The notes: a model not told the origin generated them from the sequence alone. 37,810 nucleotides of DNA from an uncultured Bdellovibrionales bacterium (GCA_964452945.1 CAYVOB010000002.1:1-37810), one strand, 5' to 3'. Counted from the first letter of the stretch, positions 1 through 8,775 are shown. A program made the numbers and translations.

Positions 1-1
1 C

Positions 2-1228
2 ATTGCAATAATAGGCAATGTAGTAAGAAGGGATAATGTTGAAGCACAAAAGTTGATGAACTCGGACATCATTTATTATTCTATGCCTGAAGCTTTAAGA
101 AAGTTCTTCTTTGAAGATAAAAAGACCGTGGTCATAACAGGTACGCATGGTAAGACCACTACCTCATTCATGACAGCATGGATGCTCGAGAACGCTGGTT
201 TAAAACCGGGGTTCTTCATCGGTGGAGTACCAAAAGATTTTGAGACCATGGGACGTCCTGCAGAAGGGGAATATTTTGTAATAGAGGGAGATGAATATGA
301 TACCGCGTTCTTTGATAAAGAATCAAAGTTCTTCCACTATAACGCAAAATATCTGATAATAAATGGTATAGAGTTCGATCATGCAGACATATTCCCTGAT
401 CTCCAAACAATAAAGAACGCTTTTAAAAAACTTGTCGGTATGGTCCCTAGCGACGGTGTTATTATATATAATGCCGAAGATAAAAATACCAAAGACATAA
501 TAGGTAGTGCAAAATGTAAAACTATTTCATTCTCCGCATCAAATATTCAAGCTGATTTTACTGCAAGGGACATAAAGATAGTGCACGGTGATATCGACAA
601 TAACGTTGAGCCAAGAATGACCTTTAATGCCTATAGCGATAATTCCAAAGAAAAATTTGAATTAAAGATACCCGGGCATCACAATGTTCTAAATGCCATT
701 GCCGTAATAGCCTTATCCAAACAATTAGGTATAGGGCAAGAAAAAGTCCGCCATGCTCTAGCGTCCTTTAGCGGTGTAAAAAGACGCCAAGACATTTATG
801 GTATCTCCGGCGGGAGGATCATAATAGACGACTTTGCGCATCACCCGACAGCTATGGCGTACACAATAAAAGCCATTAAGGATTGGTATTTCCCAAGAAA
901 AGTTTGGTGCCTATACGAACCAAGGAGCGCAACAAGCAGGACCAATATACTTCAGAACGAAGTTATAGAGGCTCTTTCTAATGCGGACAACATGCTCTTG
1001 GCACCGGTAAATCAGCCAGAAAGAGTACCAGTAGAAAAAAGATTTGATCCCATACTTGTGAGTAAAAAGCTTAGAGAGAAGGGGGTTAACGCTACAACAC
1101 ATAACAATATTGAAGACATGATAGATTACCTGGCTAACAATACTGCTAATGGCGACGTAATACTTATAATGTCTAATGGTGGTTTTGGTGGTATATACGC
1201 TAAATTAATGGATGTATTCAGAGGTTAG
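2..1228 (+). CDS. mpl: UDP-N-acetylmuramate:L-alanyl-gamma-D-glutamyl-meso-diaminopimelate ligase (Mpl); 5' end lies outside the window
   Basis: The reading frame is open from the window edge (IAIIGNVVRRDNVEAQKL precedes the TTG at 53). It has the Mur-ligase P-loop TGTHGKTTTS and the Mpl-type block EGDEYDTAFFDKESKFFHY...EFDHADIFPDL. murA follows 2 nt downstream. Confidence 0.85.
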   Translation: MAIIGNVVRRDNVEAQKLMNSDIIYYSMPEALRKFFFEDKKTVVITGTHGKTTTSFMTAWMLENAGLKPGFFIGGVPKDFETMGRPAEGEYFVIEGDEYDTAFFDKESKFFHYNAKYLIINGIEFDHADIFPDLQTIKNAFKKLVGMVPSDGVIIYNAEDKNTKDIIGSAKCKTISFSASNIQADFTARDIKIVHGDIDNNVEPRMTFNAYSDNSKEKFELKIPGHHNVLNAIAVIALSKQLGIGQEKVRHALASFSGVKRRQDIYGISGGRIIIDDFAHHPTAMAYTIKAIKDWYFPRKVWCLYEPRSATSRTNILQNEVIEALSNADNMLLAPVNQPERVPVEKRFDPILVSKKLREKGVNATTHNNIEDMIDYLANNTANGDVILIMSNGGFGGIYAKLMDVFRG

Positions 1229-1230
1229 AT

Positions 1231-2517
1231 ATGGACTATTTAGTAATAGAGGGTGGGAGACCATTACACGGAACAGTAGAGATAAGTGGATCAAAGAACG
1301 CCGCACTTCCAATGCTCATGGCATCAATACTCTCTGAAAATGTAACTCATTTTAAAAACCTTCCCAGACTTAGTGATGTAGATTTTGCATTAAAGATACT
1401 CGTTGAGCTCGGTGGTAACGTAAGAATGACGCGTGAGAACGACCACATATCAGCATATATTGAATTCAGCAAACAAGCTAACTGTGTAGCTCCTTACGAG
1501 TTGGTAAGAAAAATGCGAGCCTCTATTTCTGTACTTGGTCCTGTTCTAGCAAGATATGGTACTGCAAAAGTATCTTTACCTGGAGGCTGTGCTATAGGAG
1601 CAAGACCAGTAGACCTGCATATAATGGTTATGCAAAAACTTGGCGCAGAGATTAATATAGAGGAAGGATATATTATAGCAAATGCAGACAAGCTTAAAGG
1701 TGCAGAAATAGTTTTCCCGTTCGTAAGCGTTGGCGCAACACAAGCAGCAATGATGGCCGCATGCGTTGCTGAAGGCCAATCGATAATCAGGAACGTGTCA
1801 ATGGAACCTGAAACAGTTGAACTCGGTTTGATGTTAAATAAGATGGGTGCAAAAATAGAAGGTCTTGGTACAGACACCTTAACGATACATGGTACGAACA
1901 CCAGGTGTCTCCCTGGTGCACTTGGGCCTATCAATATTTTGCCAGATAGAATAGAGGCGGGGACATATGCAATAGCCGCAGCTGCAACAAAAGGAAAAGT
2001 TATTATCAGGAACATGGTACCAAAACATATAGAGATATTGCTTTATAACTTAAAGGAGAGCGGAGTTAAGGTAACAGAGGAGCAAGATTCAATAACTGTT
2101 GATGCAACTGACTTGGAGAATATAAGACCTGTAGACATTGTAACAGCACCTTACCCAGGATTTCCTACCGATCTTCAGGCACAGTGGATGGCCTACATGT
2201 CCATGGCTGAAGGTACTACCACCATAACAGAAAAGATATTTGAGAATAGGTTCATCCATATAGGAGAACTTTTTAGGCTGGGGGCAAGGATAAAACACTC
2301 GGGCAACATTGCGACAGTCCATGGAATAAAAAAACTTACCGGCGCTCCTGTTATGGCAACAGACCTAAGGGCTTCGGCTTCTTTAGTTATTGGGGCCTTG
2401 ATGGCTGAGGGTGTAACAGAGATACATCGCGTTTATCACATAGACAGAGGTTATGAAAGAATAGACGAAAAACTTAGATCCTTGGGTGCCAATGTAAAAA
2501 GAATGAGAGAGGGTTAA
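1231..2517 (+). CDS. murA: UDP-N-acetylglucosamine 1-carboxyvinyltransferase
   Basis: 428 aa. The N-terminus MDYLVIEGGRPLHGTVEISGSKNAALP and the active-site loop LPGGCAIGARPVDLH (catalytic Cys) are canonical MurA. A GAGG Shine-Dalgarno (SD) lies upstream. Confidence 0.95.
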   Translation: MDYLVIEGGRPLHGTVEISGSKNAALPMLMASILSENVTHFKNLPRLSDVDFALKILVELGGNVRMTRENDHISAYIEFSKQANCVAPYELVRKMRASISVLGPVLARYGTAKVSLPGGCAIGARPVDLHIMVMQKLGAEINIEEGYIIANADKLKGAEIVFPFVSVGATQAAMMAACVAEGQSIIRNVSMEPETVELGLMLNKMGAKIEGLGTDTLTIHGTNTRCLPGALGPINILPDRIEAGTYAIAAAATKGKVIIRNMVPKHIEILLYNLKESGVKVTEEQDSITVDATDLENIRPVDIVTAPYPGFPTDLQAQWMAYMSMAEGTTTITEKIFENRFIHIGELFRLGARIKHSGNIATVHGIKKLTGAPVMATDLRASASLVIGALMAEGVTEIHRVYHIDRGYERIDEKLRSLGANVKRMREG

Positions 2518-2520
2518 TAA

Positions 2521-2862
2521 ATGAATGACTGTATCTTCTGTAAAATAATAAATAAGGAAATACCGTCAACTTTAGTTTATGAGAATGAGTCAGTCTATGC
2601 ATTCAAGGATATACACCCACAGGCAACAAAGCACATCCTTCTTGTACCCAAAAAGCACATCTCTTCAGTAATAGACCTAGACACCAACTCTCTAACATTA
2701 AAACAGCTTTTTGATGCGGTTAAGGAAATATCAAAAAAAGAGAATATAGATATTTCGGGGTTTAGACTAGTAATTAACAACGGACCTGATGCAGGACAAA
2801 CAGTTTCTCATCTCCATATACATATGATCGGGGGAGAAAGACTATCAGACAAGATGGCTTAA
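2521..2862 (+). CDS. HIT (histidine triad) family nucleotide hydrolase
   Basis: 113 aa with a CIFCKI N-terminal motif and the histidine triad HLHIHMIGG. A GAGAGGG SD lies upstream. Confidence 0.9.
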   Translation: MNDCIFCKIINKEIPSTLVYENESVYAFKDIHPQATKHILLVPKKHISSVIDLDTNSLTLKQLFDAVKEISKKENIDISGFRLVINNGPDAGQTVSHLHIHMIGGERLSDKMA

Positions 2863-3032
2863 AGTTTATTGCCCTTGGAATTGAACTGGCCGTTGTTGTA
2901 GGCCTGTTGGCTTATCTTGGCGCAAGACTAGATACTCGCTATGGCACAAAACTATTTACCCCAATACTACCGGTGATAGGGTTTATACTTAGCATGCTTA
3001 GGATCTATTTTGCTACAAAAAGATCAGGTTAG
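2844..3032 (+). CDS. Possible small two-TM membrane protein resembling the AtpZ/AtpI (ATPase_gene1) family, with no canonical start codon
   Basis: The frame is open from 2790 to TAG 3030-3032 and reads ..RQDGLKFIALGIELAVVVGLLAYLGARLDTRYGTKLFTPILPVIGFILSMLRIYFATKRSG. This gives two hydrophobic helices and a basic C-terminus. There is no in-frame ATG or GTG before the first helix. The candidate starts are ATC 2844 (6 nt after GGGGGAG), ATT 2868 and TTG 2907. The ORF overlaps the HIT stop codon. Confidence 0.3.
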   Translation: MRQDGLKFIALGIELAVVVGLLAYLGARLDTRYGTKLFTPILPVIGFILSMLRIYFATKRSG

Positions 3033-3058
3033 ATAACAACACATAAAGAAGCTGACTT

Positions 3059-5368
3059 TTACCTGCCTTCCTCTGCCATCCTCTTGGCTATAACTTTTAA
3101 TGCTTCTGCACGAGGTACTTCTTTATACAGGTTTTTTATAAGGGTACGTGCCTCATTAACTGGAGCTTCTGCTCTTTCTATTGAAGAAACACTTCGCTTC
3201 ATTGCACTAGTAACACTGTCATGCTCTTTTTTAAACATCGAATATTGATCTGCTGTATAAGCACCCTTTCTGCTATCGTGATAAGCCATTGCCTTGTTTA
3301 TTATTTCAAGATTCTTGTTAGAAGCATCCCTAAGTGATCTCATGTTTATGAGTTCGTCCTTTATCTCCCCGGGTTGCGGTAATTTATCAAAAGGAACTAT
3401 AGGTAATTTTTGTGATATAAATTTTCTTATTTTTTCTTTAGCCTGTTCCATATCTTTTTTTGCCTCAGCAGACTTTACGGTCATTTGATCTATATATGCA
3501 GTAAAGTCCTTTTCCCATCCCTGTTTTAGATTTATAGGGGTTTTTATGTTATCGAGCTTTAACGCTCTTGGCATTACTTTGTTATCGTTTGCTGCATACA
3601 TATAATGGGTACTCATCGTATACCAATCATAACGAGCTCTTCCGCCTAAACCGAGAGAGCCTTGAAGTAATCCAAGCCTTGCACTAGCGGCTCTACCTTG
3701 TATAGCCAACATCTTAAGCATAAGTTCATAGTCTGCAGAGTCATAAGCAGCTTGACGAGCGTCTGACTCACTACCATATAGCGCCATAAAGTTAGCTGTA
3801 TTCATATTTTTTTTTGCAGTATCCATCTGTGTAATAATCGAATTTACAGTAGCCTGTTGTTTTGAGAACTCCAACCTTAGATAGTCAGTTCTTTGCTGTT
3901 GGGTCATAGTAGATACTTTTGCAGTCTTATTAATAGTGGACACAGCCCACTGCTTTTCTGTTTCAGGTATATTTGCAACACTTGGGTTTGATGAAACTAT
4001 CGCAGTTGAAAGATCTGAATTAAAACTCGATATTTTGTTATATACAGGTTTATAAGTACTTATTAGTGAGTTTGCATCAGACCCCATATTTTTATATGTA
4101 CTCCCAGCACCGTTATAAAAATTTGTCACTTGTGCAGAGTTATATCTTGAAACACCATCTCCTGTATCGGCAACACCACCTATATTGGAAGTTGTCGTAG
4201 TCGTTGTAGTAGAAGTATTATCGTTTGTGTTATTACCGGTGCCAGTTGTAACCGTTGCAACTGGACTAAATACGTTGTCAGGATAAAAGGCAGCCACCCC
4301 AAGCGACGTATTACCAGCCCCGGAAGTCAACATTGCCAAATTCATAGTGCTAGCACTATCCAACCTGGCTATATATTTATTTATCTGGGCAGAATTATTC
4401 TTACCAAAAACCTTGAAAGCGCTAAGACATGCTAATGATTTTTTATTAGCTGTACCGTCTGAGTGAACCATACCACGTCTTCTAACCTGGTTTGCGCAAA
4501 ATACTTCTCCAGCCTTAAATATTGCACTAACACCCTTACTAATTGTATCGATTGCACAGTCATTCTTTAATTGGGTTTGAACATCATAATAATGTGGTTG
4601 CTTACCCTTTCCTATCAAACTAGACATGAACTGTTTAGCCTTTTTATCGCAATCATCCTTCTTCTTATTGCAGGTAACTGGAGGTACAACGTCGTCATCT
4701 TCATAAGATGGTTTTTCCACCTCCAGATCCTCATATAAATCCTTGATCTTCTCAAGAGCGGTCTCTCTTTTATCGGCAGGTATATCCTTAACAGCAGCCT
4801 CTATAGCAGTTTTATCAGTCTTCAGTTTTTTATATAGTTCTTTTGAATCAAGGGATTTCTTTTCGTTCTCTGCTTTTTGATCCTTAGAGATACCGGCATA
4901 GTTTTCTGCAGTTTTTGCAATTAAATACAGTTTTAGATCTTCATAATATTTTACAACGGCCTCAAGTGCTTTTTGAGTGTCGTCATCAGTAGTATAACTA
5001 TCAAGTTTCTTTTTTACAGACTTTAAGTTCTTCTCAAGCTCCCTCACAATAGCATTCATGTTAGTAAGGTTCTTTATATATTCAAGATTGGCTATACCAG
5101 CAGCTAAAGAGTCCTTATCCTTAACGATAAAATTACCAATATCGGCTACACTAAATATATCTTCAAGATTATCTTCGTTTACCAGGCTCGCAACATCATC
5201 AAGGTCTTCCTGAAAAGAGTTGTAGTCTGTTTCAATAGTAGAAGATGTAACATCATCCAAACCTACAGCAGATAAAAAGGTCTTAACATCATCATCGTCA
5301 CCAGCATATAGGCTCAGTGTTAATAAAAAGATAAAACCCGATACGGTTATAAGGATGTTTTTTTTCAT
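3059..5368 (-). CDS. Large secreted protein of unknown function (769 aa)
   Basis: Signal peptide MKKNILITVSGFIFLLTLSLYA|GDDDD, with SD GAGAGGA 6 nt upstream. Layout is an acidic N-terminal region, a Lys/Glu-rich helical region, a six-Cys module, an N/T/S/G low-complexity linker with TSTTTTTTTS, then a helical C-terminal third. I recognise no family motif. Confidence 0.8.
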   Translation of the reverse strand: MKKNILITVSGFIFLLTLSLYAGDDDDVKTFLSAVGLDDVTSSTIETDYNSFQEDLDDVASLVNEDNLEDIFSVADIGNFIVKDKDSLAAGIANLEYIKNLTNMNAIVRELEKNLKSVKKKLDSYTTDDDTQKALEAVVKYYEDLKLYLIAKTAENYAGISKDQKAENEKKSLDSKELYKKLKTDKTAIEAAVKDIPADKRETALEKIKDLYEDLEVEKPSYEDDDVVPPVTCNKKKDDCDKKAKQFMSSLIGKGKQPHYYDVQTQLKNDCAIDTISKGVSAIFKAGEVFCANQVRRRGMVHSDGTANKKSLACLSAFKVFGKNNSAQINKYIARLDSASTMNLAMLTSGAGNTSLGVAAFYPDNVFSPVATVTTGTGNNTNDNTSTTTTTTTSNIGGVADTGDGVSRYNSAQVTNFYNGAGSTYKNMGSDANSLISTYKPVYNKISSFNSDLSTAIVSSNPSVANIPETEKQWAVSTINKTAKVSTMTQQQRTDYLRLEFSKQQATVNSIITQMDTAKKNMNTANFMALYGSESDARQAAYDSADYELMLKMLAIQGRAASARLGLLQGSLGLGGRARYDWYTMSTHYMYAANDNKVMPRALKLDNIKTPINLKQGWEKDFTAYIDQMTVKSAEAKKDMEQAKEKIRKFISQKLPIVPFDKLPQPGEIKDELINMRSLRDASNKNLEIINKAMAYHDSRKGAYTADQYSMFKKEHDSVTSAMKRSVSSIERAEAPVNEARTLIKNLYKEVPRAEALKVIAKRMAEEGR

Positions 5369-5435
5369 AAATGATCCTCTCTATGGTTTGATGCCGATAT
5401 CCCCCTATGTTAGAACAGATTTACGGGTTTTTGAA

Positions 5436-5475
5436 TGAAAAAAGGGCGCCTTTTTTACAAAGGCGCCCTTTAAAA
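5436..5475 (-). terminator. Rho-independent terminator downstream of the 1051-codon ORF
   Basis: A perfect 10-bp stem pairs AAAGGGCGCC (5441-5450) with GGCGCCCTTT (5462-5471). On the minus-strand RNA the hairpin is followed by a U run. Confidence 0.75.
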
Positions 5476-5496
5476 TCATTTTATCGTTATCTTGAG

Positions 5497-8400
5497 CTAT
5501 CTTGTTGTCCTCACAGTAGTCTTCGTGGTTGGTTCAGCAGCGCTAGTTTTCTTGAATGAGCCTGTCTTTGGGTCATAAGTTGCATTGGTAGCTCTTGTTG
5601 TCTTGTTGATTTTGTTAAAACTACCTGTAGCAGGATCATAAACAGCATTCGTTGTTCTTTTAGTTGTCGCTGCAGCTACTGCTGTCATCTTATCATATGC
5701 ATTCTTTGCAAAAATTATGAGTCTAAATTCCTTGTCTGAATAATCCCCATCAGCATTCTTTACTGTAAGTCTTGTTACGGTCTCATCAGAGATATCCTCG
5801 TCTGCAGCTATGATAGCGGCAAGTGCTGCGGCCGTACAAGTTCCAGACTTCATAGCAAATGCATCCTCAATGACCTTGGCAAGATCCTTTTTGTGCTGAT
5901 CTGTTGACCAGTAGTCATTATCGTTTGAAGTTATAGCGTCTGTTAACAGTTCCTGCAACTTAGCCAACAGCTTGTCCTTATCTGTCTTATCTGTTTGATA
6001 CTGCTTTAGCATTTTTGCATATGCAGCAGAAAACTCATCATCAGTATTACCTATAGTCAGGAAGCTCTTTATAAGATCTTCCAAAGCAGCTGATACATCA
6101 GCTACTTGGTTCTGATCTTCGTCACCACCGTTAGCAGGTGGTGTTAGTTCGTCTTCATCGCCATCGTTAACAGGTGTTAGCTCATCATCGTTATCGCTTG
6201 TTACAGGGCTGGTGGAAAAACCTGCGCTCTCCTTTACTATACTTGTTATAGCATCAGCCATGGTGTATTCGCCATCTTCACTAGGCTCTTCACCGAGCTC
6301 ATACTCATCATGTATATCGTCAAAACCATACAGGCAGCTCAATAATTTTATTAAAGCAGCATCATCTTTATCCTGCATAGCATCTGCGAACTTGTCCTTG
6401 AACGCTTCTTCTCCTGTAACTTCAATATTATCTATATACTGAGTAATATCTATATCCTCATTTAACTTCAGAACATCTACTATATCCCCTGCAAAATCCA
6501 AATAAGCTTCTCGTCCAGTAACGCTTGCATGCTTTATTCTGTTATAGATAACGCAGAGTTGCTGGATCGTTCTTTCGCCCTGGTTAACGTTTATAACGTT
6601 AGAGTTCTTAAAGAACGCTATTGTTTCATCAGCGGTAGCAGATTTACTAAGATCTGTGATTATTGCCTTCGCGCCGTTTGTAGCTGCCGCAGTGGATACA
6701 GGGAAGCCAAAGCAAAGGTTCTTTACAGCATCTCCCTTATAAAAATCCTCTAACAGATACTTTTTCATGGACGCTACATCGGCTTCAGCCTTAACAACCG
6801 CATCATACCCTTCATTATGAGCTTCCCACTCGTCTTTATCATCAGAGATCGCCTTAGTAAGATCAAATTTACCATCCTTAATAAGTCCTCTGTTGTTGTC
6901 TATATCTATTCCGTCTTGATCTATCTCCGTCCTTGCATTCTTAACTTCAACAAGTGTCTCTAAGTAGTACTGAAGCTGATTTATCTCATCACCCTCTAAT
7001 TCAGCTATCCTATTACCAAGCGTCAAATTATATAATGACAGGTCACCATCGTTATCTGGATCATAAGTAGTTTCCAAAATTACCTGCTGACATGCTGCTT
7101 TTCCAGAATGTGCTGTGTTGCAAAGGTTCCAGTTAGCAAACCAACCGTCAATATCAACTGAATCAAGGTCTGCACTTCCGCCTTCCTTACACAGTCTCTT
7201 CTTAAAGTTAGTTGCTTTCTTTATTATATCAGCCCAGGTTTTAGCACCCTTAAAGATAGAGCCAGAAGCGGCAACTATACCGACAACTTCATTATTAAGC
7301 TTTTCTATATCAGCATTGGCCATAGTGTATTTTGCTTCAGGATATATTACAGCCTCGTCCCCAACAGGAACCAGTGTAATGGTTCCGCTAGAAGCCATGC
7401 TTATACTGTTAATATAATCGAATATCTTTGTAGCACTGTCACAATCTGTTGGCTTAGATGTCATCTTTTTTATGTAAGCCATCTTTAGAGCATATAGATT
7501 GTTTGCTTCCTCAGCAAGATCAATACAGCTATATGCGTTTATAGCTTTTATGGTCTCATCCAGAGAGCTCTTTAGAGCAGCAAGACTTGCCGCATCAGCA
7601 GCAACTACATCACTCAATAGATACTCATCCTTAACATAAGTACCTGCATCTGTGCTAATTGTAACAACCTGAGTTTCTGTATCTGCGGTTATAGCCATTG
7701 TGCCGATAGATCCTCTTTTAATAGTACCGTTATTGATCTCAGCTTCTAAAGCCTTTGCTTCTGCTTGAGCTTTTTTCAAAAGTTCAGAACAATTATTTTT
7801 GTTTGCAGGATCCTTAAGATCAGCAAGTGTATTTGTAAGAGAAGCATCCTTTGCTGTAAGTAGAGCTATCGTATCGCTAGAGACCCTATCCTTTGTTATG
7901 GTTAATTTTTTTACTATAACCGTATTTATAGTGGTTACTTGTTTGTTTATCTGGGTAGCTAAAGACTTTCTGGATGCTTCTGCAGTTTGACCATTATACT
8001 CATCAAAGTATGTAGGTATGGTCTCTGTAGATATCCTTAAAGTTGAGCCATAAAAACCCTGTTTCTTGTTTGTATGAGTTGCATCACCAGTAACATAACC
8101 GATGATCTCCCATGCATCACCACTCTTTATAGCTCTGGTCATTTCAGACTTACTTTTTACGGCTGTTTTACCGTTCCAAGCAGCTTCCCCATATGTATCC
8201 ACTATTAATCCGGCAAGTTCTTCTGCATTAGCGCCTCTTTCCTCAAGACCAGTAAGTTCGTGAAGTAATATGCACATAAGCTTTGGATCATATATAGCCC
8301 TGGCATCTTTATATTTTGCTCTCTTTTCAGAGCCTTTTTTATCCTTAAAATAATATTCTCCACTCTTCTCTGTTAGTGGAAGTTCGAACGACTTCTCGTT

Positions 8401-8586
8401 TATCTGGGCTTTTATATCAGCAGCTTTATTGCTGTATGTGATCCCTGTTTGAGTCATAAGTTCAGAAAAATCATAACCACAGATCTTGTCCAGATAGGTT
8501 TTTGTTTCCTCTGTTTGAGTCTGTGCATTAGCAGAGCCTGACAGGATAAAAAGTCCTGCTACAAGTATCATCAGAATTCTCTTCAT
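5497..8586 (-). CDS. Very large acidic secreted protein of unknown function (about 1029 aa from the preferred start)
   Basis: I prefer the ATG at 8586, which has SD GGAGGG 8 nt upstream and gives signal peptide MKRILMILVAGLFILSGSANA|QTQ. The body is acidic with many Cys. It has an approximately threefold 11-aa repeat xNDGDEDELTP (about 6115-6200) and a basic Thr-rich C-terminal tail with two YDPxTGSF repeats. No known family motif. Confidence 0.8.
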   Translation of the reverse strand: MKRILMILVAGLFILSGSANAQTQTEETKTYLDKICGYDFSELMTQTGITYSNKAADIKAQINEKSFELPLTEKSGEYYFKDKKGSEKRAKYKDARAIYDPKLMCILLHELTGLEERGANAEELAGLIVDTYGEAAWNGKTAVKSKSEMTRAIKSGDAWEIIGYVTGDATHTNKKQGFYGSTLRISTETIPTYFDEYNGQTAEASRKSLATQINKQVTTINTVIVKKLTITKDRVSSDTIALLTAKDASLTNTLADLKDPANKNNCSELLKKAQAEAKALEAEINNGTIKRGSIGTMAITADTETQVVTISTDAGTYVKDEYLLSDVVAADAASLAALKSSLDETIKAINAYSCIDLAEEANNLYALKMAYIKKMTSKPTDCDSATKIFDYINSISMASSGTITLVPVGDEAVIYPEAKYTMANADIEKLNNEVVGIVAASGSIFKGAKTWADIIKKATNFKKRLCKEGGSADLDSVDIDGWFANWNLCNTAHSGKAACQQVILETTYDPDNDGDLSLYNLTLGNRIAELEGDEINQLQYYLETLVEVKNARTEIDQDGIDIDNNRGLIKDGKFDLTKAISDDKDEWEAHNEGYDAVVKAEADVASMKKYLLEDFYKGDAVKNLCFGFPVSTAAATNGAKAIITDLSKSATADETIAFFKNSNVINVNQGERTIQQLCVIYNRIKHASVTGREAYLDFAGDIVDVLKLNEDIDITQYIDNIEVTGEEAFKDKFADAMQDKDDAALIKLLSCLYGFDDIHDEYELGEEPSEDGEYTMADAITSIVKESAGFSTSPVTSDNDDELTPVNDGDEDELTPPANGGDEDQNQVADVSAALEDLIKSFLTIGNTDDEFSAAYAKMLKQYQTDKTDKDKLLAKLQELLTDAITSNDNDYWSTDQHKKDLAKVIEDAFAMKSGTCTAAALAAIIAADEDISDETVTRLTVKNADGDYSDKEFRLIIFAKNAYDKMTAVAAATTKRTTNAVYDPATGSFNKINKTTRATNATYDPKTGSFKKTSAAEPTTKTTVRTTR

Positions 8587-8600
8587 TATAGAAACCCTCC

Positions 8601-8649
8601 ATGCATATCCATATGCAAAATGTTTAAAATCTCTACTATTTATATGCAA
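8601..8649. promoter_or_regulatory. Candidate operator array: 16-bp palindrome plus repeated ATATGCAA octamers upstream of the giant secreted-protein gene
   Basis: The palindrome TGCATAT-CC-ATATGCA spans 8602-8617 and abuts the SD. ATATGCAA is exact at 8611-8618 and 8642-8649. Copies matching 7 of 8 positions lie at 8671-8678 and 8745-8752. Confidence 0.25.
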
Positions 8650-8775
8650 CATCTGTGCCTATTCTTATTTATATGAAATTATTGGGTTTTGTATGATTTG
8701 AGACTGTCTAATGTTTTAACAGCTGCAAGATTCCATATACAAACAGGGCTATTGGTATGGTATAGCTTAGGGGCC

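Noticed and set aside
1494-2015. A 173-aa ORF antisense to murA, plus similar long antisense ORFs at 8679-9059, 13420-13692, 27490-27870, 31899-32259 and 32225-32542.
   Set aside because: Each lies entirely opposite a confidently identified conserved gene. They have low-complexity, Ser/Ile/Pro-rich shadow-frame composition, no SD and no recognisable motif. They are typical stop-codon-poor antisense frames, not overlapping genes.
3808-3819. A homopolymeric A/T tract (9 nt) here, and an 8-nt tract at 5353-5364 right after the start codon of the 769-aa secreted protein. I considered these as slipped-strand phase-variation switches.
   Set aside because: Tracts of 7-8 A also occur in housekeeping genes in this window (for example holB, 9596-9618, encoding KKSKKK). 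They are expected from Lys-rich proteins in an AT-rich genome. There is no evidence of length heterogeneity from a single sequence.
8248-8262. HELTG in the giant secreted protein, considered as a possible zincin metalloprotease motif.
   Set aside because: It is not HExxH, since the fifth residue is Gly. No downstream third ligand or Met-turn pattern is evident.
8587-8652. An upstream in-frame extension of the giant secreted protein (MLHINSRDFKHFAYGYAWRVSI...). Similar 5' extensions occur in the ORF track for tmk (TTG 8689) and the lipoprotein (ATG 30927).
   Set aside because: The downstream ATGs (8586, 8776, 30975) produce canonical N-termini (a signal peptide, the Tmk P-loop, a lipobox). 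Those at 8586 and 30975 are preceded by GGAGG-type SDs, and the tmk call rests on the canonical Tmk N-terminus. The extensions have no SD and run through promoter-like sequence.
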